64,000 bases of DNA from Novakomyces olei (Eukaryota): positions 372,001-436,000 of the forward strand of contig JADEYG010000005.1 in the NCBI GenBank assembly GCA_016906335.1, in the 5' to 3' direction. How positions within the stretch are numbered: position 1 is the first letter of the stretch; each line of letters opens with the position of its first letter. The position numbers and the translations under genes are program-made. Shown here piece by piece: positions 12,295-25,129 of the stretch. A model generated the notes under the pieces. That model saw nothing but the letters and a program-made list of their open reading frames with translations. It was not told the origin of the DNA and did no database searches.

Positions 12295-15228
12295 CTACGG
12301 TTTTGAAGGCCCCGAAGAAGAAAACCCTACATTTTTAGACATGGGCAGTCGACGGTCCTTGTCTCTCATCTCAGTTATCCTTGCTTTAAGCATTTCTGAC
12401 AGCTCAGACGCTGTAGTTCGCCGTTTAACTCCATTCTGCCCCAGACCATCAATCTGAGATTGTGATTGTGGGCCTGCCGCCGAATTATACGAAGCCATTG
12501 AAGGAGGCAGAGCCCCTGAGCTTGCTGAACCTTCTCTTACCCGTGATTGTGGTCTCCGCCTCTGATCGCCTGTGAAACTGGGTTGCGCCGATGGTCCCTG
12601 GAACGATGAAGAGTAAATTGGTATATTCTCCTTCTCTATTGAACCCACAGAGTGGAAAGGCTCGGGGGATAATACACGTGAACTCGGCCGGCTATTGCTG
12701 CTTTTCAAATGATCCAAATCTTGTTGTAATCTTTGGGCTCTTAGTTGAGCAGACTCGGACTCGTTTTGTAATCGTGTGATTTGCGAATCGCGTGCTGCGA
12801 TCTGCAACAATAGATCGGAGCGTTCGTTGAGAATTTTGCGTATCTGAAAAGCAAACAGCGTTAGTCTTGCAACGATTTGTGCGAATTTCAATTGGATTCA
12901 ATTGTTGATTTAATAATTATTATTGTATTTTTGTTATTAAATTTCCCGTTCATTAATTATTTAACCACAGCTCATTCAACTATTTCCTTTCTGTGCTCTT
13001 TCATTCTGTCTTTATCATTTTTTAAATTTTATTTTATTCCTTTCTTACCTCTGATTGAGCTTGATCAAGCTGCATCGCCAACGATTTATTCTCCTCCATT
13101 AGCATACCCGTCCTCTGTTCCATTGTAGTTCGAAGCCCACGTAGCTCGTCCAGCTCCTTACGATCTTGCTCGCTAATTTCAGCTCGGCGAGCTTGTAAGC
13201 TCGATCCCAGTACAGAGTTGCTCTGTGGATTCGATCCGGCCGGTAGAGGCTTCTGTAGTGTCCGAGCAGTCAATGAACGGCCTGCTGATGGCTTTTGAAA
13301 GCTCTGTGGACGTTCTGGTGATGAAACAAAATTGGAGACAGGCTCCACATTATTTTGCAATTGCTGACGGGAAGGGATTTTGCTCGCTGCGGACAAAGGA
13401 CGTCGAGAAGGCGAATTTGCTGCTGAAGAAGAAGCAACCGTCTTTTTAACCAGACGGGTCTTTGCGCCCTGGCCCGCTGGTAGTGAGGATCCATTGCCAC
13501 GAGGCAAAGAGGCATTTGTAGACGATTGACCAACAGATTGAAGTTTAGGCTTGACGGGCTCTGGCTTGGGGGGTTTTGCTCGGACTACTGCCTTCTCGAA
13601 AAACTCGTGAATCTTCGGTTTGCGGAGATCTTCAACTTTATCAAGGTAGGGATTCATAGCTCTTTCCCCTACAATTTTCATAAGTGTCCCCAGTACTTGA
13701 GCAGCAGCCAGCCGTACAGGCTCAAAGGTATCGCCCACCAGTTTTAAAGCCATCTCCGCAATAAGCTTCTGCTCAGCTTTTGCCGGGAATTCAAGAGTCT
13801 GTTCGAGCGACCGGCTTAGAAAGGCTAAGGATTCGGTTTTAATTTGTGGGTTCTTGTGCTGACTAAATTCGGCCACGTCTTCCAAGATCGAATTTAAGCC
13901 AGACGATCGAGCAACTGCATCACAGGCTCTTGATAAGGCTTCTACCACATTTGCCTTCTTCTCCTTAAATCTCTCAAGCATTGGAGCCAGAATTATAGGC
14001 TTGTAAATAGCAAATTTTGTTCTCAGCCCATTGGCAAACGCCTCCACACAATTAGCTGCCACCACTACACACAGAATATTGGCATCTTTCATGCTTTTCG
14101 CCAGAGCTCGTATTATTTCCGAGTAATCGTGTTCATCTGCAATACGGACTACTTGAAGCGTGGATAGCATGGCATCCAACGCCTCTTTGCGATCTTTCCA
14201 TTTGGCAGAGCCCAATTTTTCAAAGAAGTCTTTAGGCATTTTAGCCAAAACTTCAACAGCATCAGCCAGATCGAAGGGGTCGACTGACGCTGAATCATTA
14301 TTCCCGCCTCCCGTGGCAGCTGGCTCATCATTTTCCGCCCCCTGCGCCGCTCCTGCTTGCCTGCCTTCATCATCCTCCACCGGCCTTTGCGACCGGAGAT
14401 ACCGCAGTTGTTTAGGTTTTTCTCCTGACTGCTGAACTAGAGCAAAAGCAGCTTCCAGTTCTTTAGCTTGAATGGGCTTTAATTCCGCAAAAAAGACAGG
14501 CTTAATTCCCTCGCCGAGCCAGCGGTACAGCTCACACGCCAGCTCAGATGCTTCTTTGCGCACGTTTTTATCACTGTGTCCAAACAGCCGTGGAAGCTGT
14601 TTCAGTATCATTTTAGGTCCAATCGTTTGGGCACCAAACTGCTTGATTAGCGTGTTGAGGCAGGCAGTAGATGCGGCTATAGTCTTGGGCAGCTTGTGGC
14701 CAAGACCAATGGCGATTATATCATCAATCACGGGTTCTGGTGTGTCAAGCTCTACAAACCAAGCACACGCGTCAAACGCCTTGTTTCGCGTTCCGCCACG
14801 TGTACTGGCAAAGCACTTCTCCACAAGACTCGGGACCACTTGAGGCCGTGTCCGGACCGCTGCAGACGGACCAGCGTACTCGAGGAACGCGTTTAATGCG
14901 GTGAGCGCGTGCTCCTGAGCCACCACGTTTGAATCCGTAACAGACTTTTTCCATAGCGAAGAATCGGCCAACCAGATTTTAAAGCAAGGATCAGATTCGT
15001 CCGGTGACACGACAAACTGCCGTGCTGCTTCCTCGTACGCGGACACTCGCGCTTTCCATACCTTTTTGTTAGCAAACCTCTGGGCAAAGCAAAGAAAGGA
15101 CCGTTGAATGATGGAGACAATGGGGTTTAGAGACGAAAAATTGAAGTATATCAGCGATGTACCTTGTGGCCTAGTCGGTCTATTAAAGCCAATTTTGAGA
15201 AATCTTCAGGCTGGTCGTCCGCCGACAT
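12295..15228 (-). CDS. STU2: XMAP215/TOG microtubule polymerase (Stu2/Alp14/Dis1)
   Basis: MSADDQPEDFSKLALIDRLGHK|VWKARVSAYEE after splicing (intron about 15162-15062). Two TOG domains (DSNVVAQE, LFGHSDKNVR, SAKWKDRKEAL, HKNPQIK), a basic SK-rich linker and a C-terminal coiled coil; second intron about 13047-12845. Confidence 0.93.
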
Positions 15229-15323
15229 TATGATGTCTGCGTGTTTACCGCTTGTTTATGTCGTCGGTCGTTTGTAAATACGACTATTTTAATATTACTA
15301 TAACAGCCTAACAATAGCAATAT

Positions 15324-15604
<281 letters not shown>

Positions 15605-15917
15605 ACAAAAGCAATAATGCTTGTATAAAAAGAGTACGGGGGCATATCATTTTTCTATTCAGCTATTATACGTTTCCTCCCTATTATAATACAAAAATGA
15701 AGAGCAAATAAAACCGTGTGTTGGATTACTATAGCAACAGAAAACCCTGTACAAGACTAAGTTCTGGTGGAAAAAGACGGCTCATCAAAAGTTGTGAAGC
15801 CAAAGCTCCGACGTTTCAACGCTGTCAAATCTGGTGTTTCAAAGCCTGAGTAAGATCGAAGTTTGCTTCATTTCGTGGGTTAGCTGACTTGCCTTTGTAG
15901 ACTAGTAGCTACGCGTC

Positions 15918-16611
15918 ATGTCCTCGGAACTATGGTACATTTCTTCCAAGATTTGTCGTTTAAGCTAACCTTTGGCAGTCCCGTTTACGCGCCCTTCTTT
16001 GGAGTGGTATGAGATTGGAAAGTGTCATTGTGTGCTAAACAGTTAAAGATGGGCTGCGCTTCGGCTATCATCTTCTCCAGTATGTATTATATCGTCGATT
16101 GAATAGCTAAATTCCGTCTAGGCTTCGGTGCGGCTTATGGTACTGCTAAATCTGGCGTGGGTATTTCTGCCATGGGTGTATTGCGTCCGGATCTTGTGAT
16201 GTAGGCTCAGTTCAGGAAATGTTTTTCTAATTTTTAGGCGTAATATCGTCCCTGTTGTCATGGCTGGTATTCTGGCCATTTACGGTCTTGTGGTATCCGT
16301 ACTCGTTTCAGACGGATGTGAGTCTCGAGCAGTGTCTTTATCGTAATCTAACTTTTGCAGTGGATCAAAAACAAGCCCTTTATTCTGGATTTATTCAGCT
16401 GGGTGCTGGCTTGTCTGTGGGTTTGGCTGGATTGGCCGCTGGCTTCGCTATTGGCATCGTAGGCGATGCTGGCGTACGTGGCACTGCCCAGCAGCCAAAG
16501 CTCTTTGTAGCGATGATTTTGATTCTCATTTTCGCTGAAGTTTTGGGTCTTTACGGTCTTATTGTAGCCTTGCTGCTCAACACTAAGGCTAGTAACGCAA
16601 CGTGCAACTAG
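15918..16611 (+). CDS. VMA3: V-ATPase 16-kDa proteolipid subunit c
   Basis: Six exons (15918-15934, 15979-16006, 16049-16079, 16122-16200, 16238-16317, 16361-16611) give [39 protein letters not shown]...[20 protein letters not shown], including the conserved proton-binding Glu. Likely 5'UTR intron at 15850-15900. Confidence 0.97.
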
Positions 16612-18758
16612 GTTCGCAGCCGTTCCAAATTCGCGGGTTACTGCACGCTCATCCGTTGCAACTTGTGCTCTCAAAATCATATGCAGTTGCTTCAGATAGC
16701 GATTGTCGTCAATTAGCAAATAAGCTCGAGCCATGCGAGCATTTAGCAATAAAACCAGTCAATCAATCAATTAACCAATATTTGAGCATAGTCTTTGTAT
16801 GTTTTTGATCATTTAATGTATCAATAGAGGGAGGCAAATGATTGATTTTCAGGTTCCGATCGAAATCTAGTCTTTTGCAAAACCTGATGTTAGCTATTGC
16901 GGCGAGCTGAATAAATGTTGCAGAACGAAAGCGCTTTATCATATTCGCTTTGACCAAACGATTAGATTATATGATTTAGTTGGCAGTCTCATAGTATGGC
17001 TATCAAGTATATTTGTTGCAATTCTATTGGCAATATTATCACGGGGCCCGTGAAACCTATACTAAAATGCTTCTTTGATGCAAGTAAATTTAAGAGCCAA
17101 ATGATTAAACGCATAGACTAGTGGACTATCTAGATGAAAACCCTAATTGTCAAAGATAGCTTATGAAGTTTGGAGATGCGTATGTCGGGAAATCTATAAC
17201 CATTGTCCTCGCGTAACATTGCCTCAAGGACGACGCGTTTAACATTTAATAGACTAATCATTATTCTTTGTTACAGCACAGAGCTCCAAATCTTAAGCTA
17301 CTGTTCCATAGTGCTGCCTTTCAAGACTCCTTTTGTAGACAGAAATGGCAAATGGATTCATCGCTGCCCTGATACTGCAAGGTTTTTAGAGCGTTACTCT
17401 ACGCCAATCCGGGAACAAGGCCTTTTTTTTTTAATATGCGTGGTTCTGTGAAAACGGGTATGATCTGTGATTCACGCAGTGATGCACGCAATGGTGTACG
17501 GTCGAGTCATTTTAGATTATCAAGAAAAGTTTCCAATGCCACTGTGTCAAATAATATATGCACAAAAATAGCTTGATTATGTATGAAATGTATGGCAACA
17601 TCGCCTAATAATTGCTTATTAGCCTCGCCATGTGAGTGTGCTCGGCTAAAAGCGGAACAAGCATTAACCGTTTAACTGCATGCAGTTATATTAACAGTGC
17701 AAGAATTAATTTCTGCCCGATCTAATCTAGTAATGTTCTGTGTGCCTGAATCTCCATCGCCCAACATTGCTTTGCATTCTACTATCATCCTCGATCGCAT
17801 GATACACCCGCCTCCAATTTTTGTTTGTCGGTTTATCTCACGTGGATGATGCACACAACCTTTCGCGTATCCCCTCCAGATATTTCCTGGCGAACCCTGA
17901 GCGTTTTCTACTACAATAACCAACTTCGATATTTTGTTTGAAGTCTCTAGTTGTCCTGAGTTGTCCTATTCTCGATTGACAAGTAATCTACTTCTTTTGG
18001 GACTCGGAACATTCCCCGTTAGGCGAGCAGACTTTGACCGACAAATTTGATCGTGTGACATATACGCGATGGCTAGATCAGCCGTAAACGGAAGTATGAC
18101 GAAGGTCTAAAACTAAATGAATTAGATGCTAATTCGACGCACATCTGCCATTCTGGAGTAGTTAAACACGGCGGCGTGAAAGTAAAGCGTTATACATTAT
18201 CCTCAACATTTTGAATCAGCCGGCCGAAAAGAAGCCCGGACTACGCCCTTTGAACTCTATCCTACTTTTCCTTTTCCCTCTCTACTCTCTGCCTTCTATC
18301 CCGATCTCTGTTCCAAGACGGTTGGTTGGCCGTTCGCAAACTGATTGACTATATATACACTTCAAGTAATCTTGATCGTGGAGTGAAGGATTCGATTTGT
18401 CCGGGGCTTATATAAATTTAATCTGACAAACCTGAAAATCAAGTATTATTCGTAGATAACACTAGCAGACTTATCCGAAAAGGATATACGAGCGCCATAG
18501 TATAAACGAATAAAAACAAGCTTACATCGGCTGTATAAATGAGAGACGCTTGTACCCCAATCTCGCAAAGGATCAGTTTACTCGCGGCAATAACAATTAG
18601 CCACAAAGTGGCGCCTTGTACAGCTGATTAGCTGCTTTGTGTGCCTTTTTCTTGTTATCTTTTTATTGCTCGGTAGTCTCTTGTCCCGGTGGGTGACTAG
18701 TGCGGCTGCAAAGGTTCTTTTATACTGTGCTGGCAATTTAAATGACCGCCAGCAGATC

Positions 18759-21057
18759 ATGCGACTACGCCCGTGGTACATGTGCTTGTGGCGCAAAGAC
18801 GCCGTCTTCAAAATCGCGGGTGCTTGTGTCTCCTTACTTGTTTTATTGAGCATCTGGAAACTGCTTTTGACGCCAGACGGACTCTCTCTTCTTGCGCCCT
18901 CAGGAACGCCTTCGAGTTTCGATCACCATCTCTATCTCGGGAATCCGCCCGCGCCATCCGACAATGGCGATAATAATAGTAATGCGACCCAAGAAATGTT
19001 TGAGCGGCTACAGGTTGCAGCGGAAGATTGCCGCTCATACCGAGATCGAGCTTCAGAGCTGCCGGAGCACGTTGTGATTCCTTTTCAAGACATACTCTCG
19101 GGCCAATTCCGACCCAGCGATTGGCTCTCGGAACTCGTCAGCGATGGCAGAATCAAAGAGCCTTTAAGCAAACGCGCAGCTGCCGCTTTGCCTCGGAGTG
19201 CAGATGTCGTAATATCATGGGTGAATGCCTCCGACAGCTGGTTTGCGGGTGCCAAAGCTGCTTGGGAGCAAATGGCCGATTTTGATAATTGGCAAGATTT
19301 TGCCCGGGAAAATGTCAATCGGCATCGCGACTGGGGGGAGTTACGGTACTTGGTCCGGTCGCTATTCAAGTTTTTTCGGCCTCTCAACTCGCTTACTATC
19401 GTAAGCCCTCTGGCCTTCAAGGATCACACGTTTGATCCAAGTGCAGGGCAAAGACCCGGCTGGATGATTTCACAAAAGGAGGCTGAGAAACATAATGTTC
19501 TGACACTAAGCCAGGAGGCCCTACTAGCCGAGTCGCATCAATGCAATCCCGTTTTCTCTTCTGTCGCTGTAGAAGCAGGTCTGCCAAATTTACCGACGGG
19601 TGGACGGGCAAACGCTCCAAAAAATGCACAAGATACACTGTATTATATGAACGACGATATGATGCTTATGCGCAATATGAGTATGGCTAGTATCTACTCA
19701 CCATTCACTGGCTATATGATCAGCTTTGATTATGGGTTTCCACAGCTGTTTAACGAAATTGAAAGACCGCCTTTTGGACGAGGTGAATGGGTGTTTGGCG
19801 AATGGCCTTTTTTGAAAGCCACTTCGTTTGCAATGAGTAAGAGTCTTTATTTTTTTCCCTCTAAATATCAGATCCATAATACTGGTTCATAGGTTGCCTT
19901 TTGTTTTTTCTACCTTTTATTGTTTTACATCTATTTTGTATCCATTTTCTTTTTCACATATTCTTTAATTATCGTCCAAACATCTATCTAACCGATCTCT
20001 AGATCAAAGATTCGGGAACCGTCCGCGACCTTATCCTCGCCATAACGGCCATCCTCTGTCCCGCTCAATCTTGAAAGAAATTAAGCAGACTTTCCCTCGA
20101 TTATTCCAGATTTCCATGGGCCACCGGTGGCGGGGAGAGTCTCCAGCAATACACATGTGGTCATCCTTTTATTGGTACCTTATGGAAAGGCACAGAGAGG
20201 CTTTGCTATGGAGTGCGCTCTCGCTAAAGTTTGATGACGATGGAGATCAAGGCCATATATCTGTCGGGGAGAAAGGCGGAATCTTTGAAATCGCTCGAGA
20301 GCATTTATCAGAGACGTCTTTACATAGAACTTCTCTCGCATCGTATTCTGAAAATGCCCAAAAAATGGGGTACGATATGTCAGATTCAAATTACGTGTAC
20401 TGGACCAGCTGGGACGGTCCATTATGGCTCTCGCAACGGGCCCACTTTGATCCTATTCGCGACGAAGAGTTTGATGCATCGCTAAAGAATTCTGTTCATA
20501 TAAATGCGACGTACCCGGCCATTGACGGCACTTGTAACTTGGATTTCTTGAGCCAATGCCTGCGCCTTGGCGAAAGCGAGTCCACAGAGACAATAATGAA
20601 CAGATTTGTAAGGGAAAGAACTGAGTGTGGCGATTGCTTAATAAATGCTTTAACACGAGCTAGCGGCTCAGAAGGTCTTTCTGCCTTTCTACCGCCCAAC
20701 AGGCGTGGAAATGGCCATTATTTACAGAGTGCAGACAATAAAAAGTCTCTAGTTGTGGACGGCAATGGGTCGCTATTATCGAAATTTGATGCTGCTATTC
20801 TTGCAATCTCCCGGTACTCATACTCTGTGTCAAACATGGATGCTGGGTATGTGCACCTTGTAGATTCTAAAAATGCACAAAAAACTCTCAGCACTTGGAT
20901 CCATGACCCGCCGAATCAGATTTGCCTGAACGATCATATGGATAGTACCCATAGTCGAAGACAATTATTAGATATGAAACAGGTGCTTGATCACTTTTTC
21001 GATACTGTCTACGGAGGCGATATGGATACTTGCGCTGTCGAAATTCCCTCGGCTTAG
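18759..21057 (+). CDS. Stealth-family sugar-1-phosphate phosphotransferase (Xpt1/GNPTAB/CpsY-like), type II membrane protein
   Basis: Exons 18759-19836 and 20003-21057. N-terminal TM anchor and all four Stealth conserved regions: DVVISWVNASD (CR1), RHRDWGELRYLVRSL...YYMNDDMML (CR2), RFGNRPRPYPRHNGH (CR3), ICLND (CR4). Confidence 0.88.
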
Positions 21058-21149
21058 ACTGACTTGTTTAATGACCTACTTGTACATAATATTGGGCATA
21101 TGATTGCTTGATTAGTGTGAATGTGTTCCGCTATATACGGTGTATATTA

Positions 21150-21223
21150 CAATTAATACAATTAATACAATTAATACAATTAATACAATTAATACAATTA
21201 ATACAATTAATACAATTAATACA
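21150..21223. repeat. 9-bp tandem repeat (AATTAATAC), about 8 copies
   Basis: Visible perfect tandem array between the Stealth gene stop and the NUP37 start. Confidence 0.92.
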
Positions 21224-21371
21224 AAATAATCAATATGATATAGCACACTTGTATCAAGAGATTTTCCATATGAACAAGACACGATGCTAATATTATATAG
21301 AATAAATTCCGTTAATAAATAATTAGTATATAACGAGCGAGCATAGCTCGCATAAACGCGAACGCGGTGTT

Positions 21372-22783
21372 ATGGGCCTACGGCGGAGAGACGCGTCAGC
21401 GTACGGTGGAGCATTGGACTTGTACGTCAATTGCCCAATCTTCCTTTTTTATTATTTTTTTTCTGCCCTTTCCCCTTTATCGCTCCCGCTCTGACCTCAT
21501 TACAGGTTTGCGCTCGACTATGATGCAAACTGTATACAGTTTGCTCACAATGCAAAACGACCCGACTTGTTTGGCATTGGTAGGACGATCCTGCTAAATG
21601 TGCTAAATGCGTGTATAGGAAACGGGAACGGTGTATCGTTCTACGAATTGTCTAAAGCTGAAGCAGACGATTATTCGGGTTCAAAGTATCACTCCTGTAT
21701 TGATGACGCGTGCTAAACTAATGCCCAACAATAAAGGTTCGAAGCCAAGCAGATCGCGGACGTTTTTCTCGGTCTGTCTGTGAGCAAGTTGGAGTTTTGT
21801 GAGGCAGCGAACGATCTTGGTGCGTGTATTGTTGCGGCCGTTTGCGAAAGCACCAATTCGATCGAGGTTCTACGGCTACAAGGAGACCAGGCACGGCGTG
21901 TTACGTCTCTCGGAGGCCAATCAGGGCACCATGGATCGATCAATGACGTCTCTATACTGAGCCGTGAAAGTGAAGGGGTTGAGGAGACGTATGTCTTGTC
22001 CGTGGGCGATGATAAAATGCTGATTTCATGGACAATACGGGGCGGCCGTAAAGATGTTATTACAGCGTTTTCCTTAGCGTCAAGCGGAGTAGCGGTATCC
22101 TTTTGCCCAAACGATCCAAAGCTGGTCGTGTGTGCAGAGCACAGTGGAGCAGTGCGACTGCTAAATTGGTCACCGGAAAGTATTACACGCGCAACGTCAT
22201 ACTATCTGCCTTCGACGGCTGCGAAGCAATTATCCTTTGCCAATGGAGCGTTTTGGCTCAGTCAAAACGAGGCTGATGACCATGATAGAATACTAGCCTG
22301 TTCTGATAATGGCGTTGTCAGTATTTTAGCAGTACACGCGGATGGCTTACGGGCTGAATCGCAAATAGTGCTGCAACATGATTGCAGTTTAAAAGCTGCG
22401 GCTGTACATTCATCATTGCCCGGTGTGACCGCTTTTGTCTTGGCAACGAAAAGTTACGAGGACACTGTGCTGTGCTACCGTTTACATACGGGACGTAAGT
22501 TTGGAGATGCAGCTTTTTCCACAAATTTTCTTAAAAGAAAATATCAATAAAATATTTATTTTCATTTTTATTTCATTTTCATTTTCCTAACTTTTGTACT
22601 CTTTGTTCCCGTTTTATCGATAATTGTGGTGTTCGTTTGCTGAGCACCTTTCTAGAGCTGGACAACGAGATTCAAATGCCCAAGCGGGAAGTCAACCGCC
22701 AGCGAATACGGTCACTGACCTGGCATATCGAACAACCAATTTTGCTAATTGTTTTCGACAGGTCTCTTGCAATTTACTCGTGA
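21372..22783 (+). CDS. NUP37: WD40 nucleoporin Nup37
   Basis: Multi-exon. Core GHHGSINDVS...LSVGDDKMLISW...LASSGVAVSFCPNDPKLVVCAEHSGAVRLLNW matches the Nup37 pattern. Last exon (from 22656) supplies IRSLTWHIEQPILL..YS*. 5' microexon structure is approximate. Confidence 0.78.
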
Positions 22784-22834
22784 GATATTAAATGAAAAAG
22801 CCATTATGATAGAGTATAAGTACAATTGGAAACA

Positions 22835-23701
22835 CTATTCTTCGATAGCGTTAAACACAAAATCCACGAATTTATGGAAATCATTCGTGACATCAGCATC
22901 GTTGCGCAGAGTAGCCAAAAGACTTAGAGACCTCTGTAAACTGTGTTCCACGTTTGATGCCACAGCCGGCTGACCCTCATCCTGAAGAACATGCCGTAAT
23001 ACTTTGCGCAATTCGGGGTTCTGCGAAAGCAAGTCTAGCAATGGCTGATACCCAGCTGAAGATTTAGCAAATTTAAGCAAAGAAAATAAATAAATAAATA
23101 AATTCATGTGATATAATATAATGTAATCAAACCATAAAGATTTCAGGTATTATGAACAATATTTCAAAAACTTACTTGCTCTCTCGAGAGTCTTGGAAGG
23201 CAGCAATGCGTGCTCTGCAATGCTGATATTATTGTTTACGCCTTTGTAAATAAAAGGATCATTGCTGCTCTTATCAAAGCCATTGCGCGAGTTTCGCTCA
23301 GTCTGATTGGGTCCGATAGTCGAAGCGTTAGTCGATCGACGTTCGTCTACCGTTGCCATATAAATTTCATGTTGTTCATTGTGTGTCTTGAAGCAAGCTA
23401 CGCTGCAGCTGATAATTAGCAGTTTTCTTGGGTACACTCTCTCCGTACTATTGAATAAGGCATTTTGGGCATTTATATTTTGCCGCTGCGCTACGGCAAA
23501 CGTCGCAAGAAGAGGTGTCCACTTTGCTCGAGAACGGGCGAGTCGATCTTTGCGGCTGTCAAAAGATTTGCGACAAAGTCAATAATAATTAATCTTATCG
23601 AGCGAGACTGAGCAAATATTAATTTTGTCAAAAAACTCAATATTTCGGTCACTGACCAGATTGCTGCCTTCATTACTTGGAAGAAAGATTACTTGACACA
23701 T
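22835..23701 (-). CDS. HIT1: zf-HIT protein (Hit1/ZNHIT3, box C/D snoRNP assembly)
   Basis: Spliced CDVCRSAAAKYKCPKCLIQY|CSVACFKTH zinc finger plus a short helical C-terminal domain (FHKFVDFVF). Start codon and first exon uncertain. Confidence 0.75.
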
Positions 23702-23926
23702 CAGCGCGAGTAGGCACGTGTTATAATAGACAAGTAACATAGTCAGCACTAAATACAAGTAAATGACTTGCACCGTTCGTACCGTTCGTTGTATCGCAAT
23801 AATCATGTCTGGCGAACGAACTGCGACATTAGAATATTCTACGTGCACACGTAAGCAACAGTTTTGTGTATAAATAAAAATGACGCACTCTTGCGCGTAA
23901 AAGCCGAAGACTGGCAGACGGGCAGA

Positions 23927-24778
23927 ATGAGTCGGGCGGAAATTATAGCGTACGAGGGAAAAGTTGGCGAGCCAGAGATTGGAGCGCGTTGCGCGTTTTG
24001 CCGGGCACAAGGTAGGGACAAGGCTGGATCTGATTGGGTGGAGGATTGAGGAGAAGCTTGCTAACATTGTACAGACTTTTTGCCGTGGTCTTGTGCGTAC
24101 TGTGGGGAAAAGTTTTGCGCCGAGCATGCAAAGCCGAAAGTGCATGAGTGCCCCAAAGAAGAGCAAATACTAAAAGCTCGAGCCGAGGAGAATCGGAGGC
24201 GGATTGGCTCAGTGGACAGGCGGCCGGTTGGTCCTACTGACGCACGGACGCTGAAGGCTTTGGCAGTTCAAAAACGACAACAGGAAGAACTTGCTGAGAA
24301 ATCGCGTCGGGAGGCAACTAAAGCCCGCCACGCTTCTGCTCTGGCCAAGTTTACGAAATGGACATCGTCATCTTCAGCAAAGAAAGCTGGTCAGGGCTCA
24401 AATAGCCAAGGCTCTCTACTCGTACCAAAGCCGCTGGATGCCTCAGTAAGCCGAGATCAGTGTTTAACGGTACGCGTAAGCGTGGGAAGTGTGACTCGCT
24501 GTTTTATAATACCAAATTTTTGGTCTGTAGGCAGATCGATGGACCGACTGGCGAGGGAAATGGACGTGGAGAACCTCAACATGCGTGAAACAGACGAGTC
24601 GCGAAGGCTTCATCTCGTCTTGGCGCCTCGACTTGTTTCTTCGATTTCTTCGCTTTCGATTAAATCAAATACTGCTGGTAATACTATGAAGCAGCCAATG
24701 ACTCTAGAGCCGAGTCAGCAACTGAGCAAAGTTGTTCAGAATAATGATACCCTTAAATTGGTGCGTGGACGAGTGTAA
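23927..24778 (+). CDS. CUZ1: AN1-type zinc finger plus ubiquitin-like domain protein (Cuz1/ZFAND1)
   Basis: EIGARCAFCRAQ|DFLPWSCAYCGEKFCAEH..HEC after removing intron 24012-24074; C-terminal WSVGRSMDRLA Ub-like motif. Confidence 0.85.
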
Positions 24779-25129
24779 GGCTCTGATTACGGAATTGTTT
24801 AGAATAGCCTGGGAAATTGTACAATTGTGCTTTTGATTTCATCTTTTTTCAAAGCAGACTGCTGATTTTAAATGTTTATCTTGTGTGGCATGGGCTCGAC
24901 GGCTTCTTTACAGGTGAGCCAATTGGAAGTCCTGTTTCATATGGATTGGGCTGTAGCGTAGAGCGCCATAGTAACGTAACAGACGGCTTTGCCTATATTA
25001 TGGGTGACAATTCTTATATACGTAGATTTTGTAAATAATAATATTGTCAATTGTCACAAGTAACACAACGTGCATTATTTAATCCTAAATTTTGTTTATT
25101 AACGCGCAAAGGCTCAAGGGCAAGACGGC

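Noticed and set aside
17672-17930. Short ORF and Sm-site-like AATTTTTG in the long VMA3-Stealth gap (candidate snRNA or other ncRNA)
   Set aside because: No recognisable snRNA or snoRNA boxes or stems by eye; needs an Rfam scan or RNA-seq.
21150-21223. Tandem arrays as CRISPR-like or mobile-element repeats
   Set aside because: No unique spacers, eukaryotic context, and no transposase, RT, LTR or TIR anywhere in the window.
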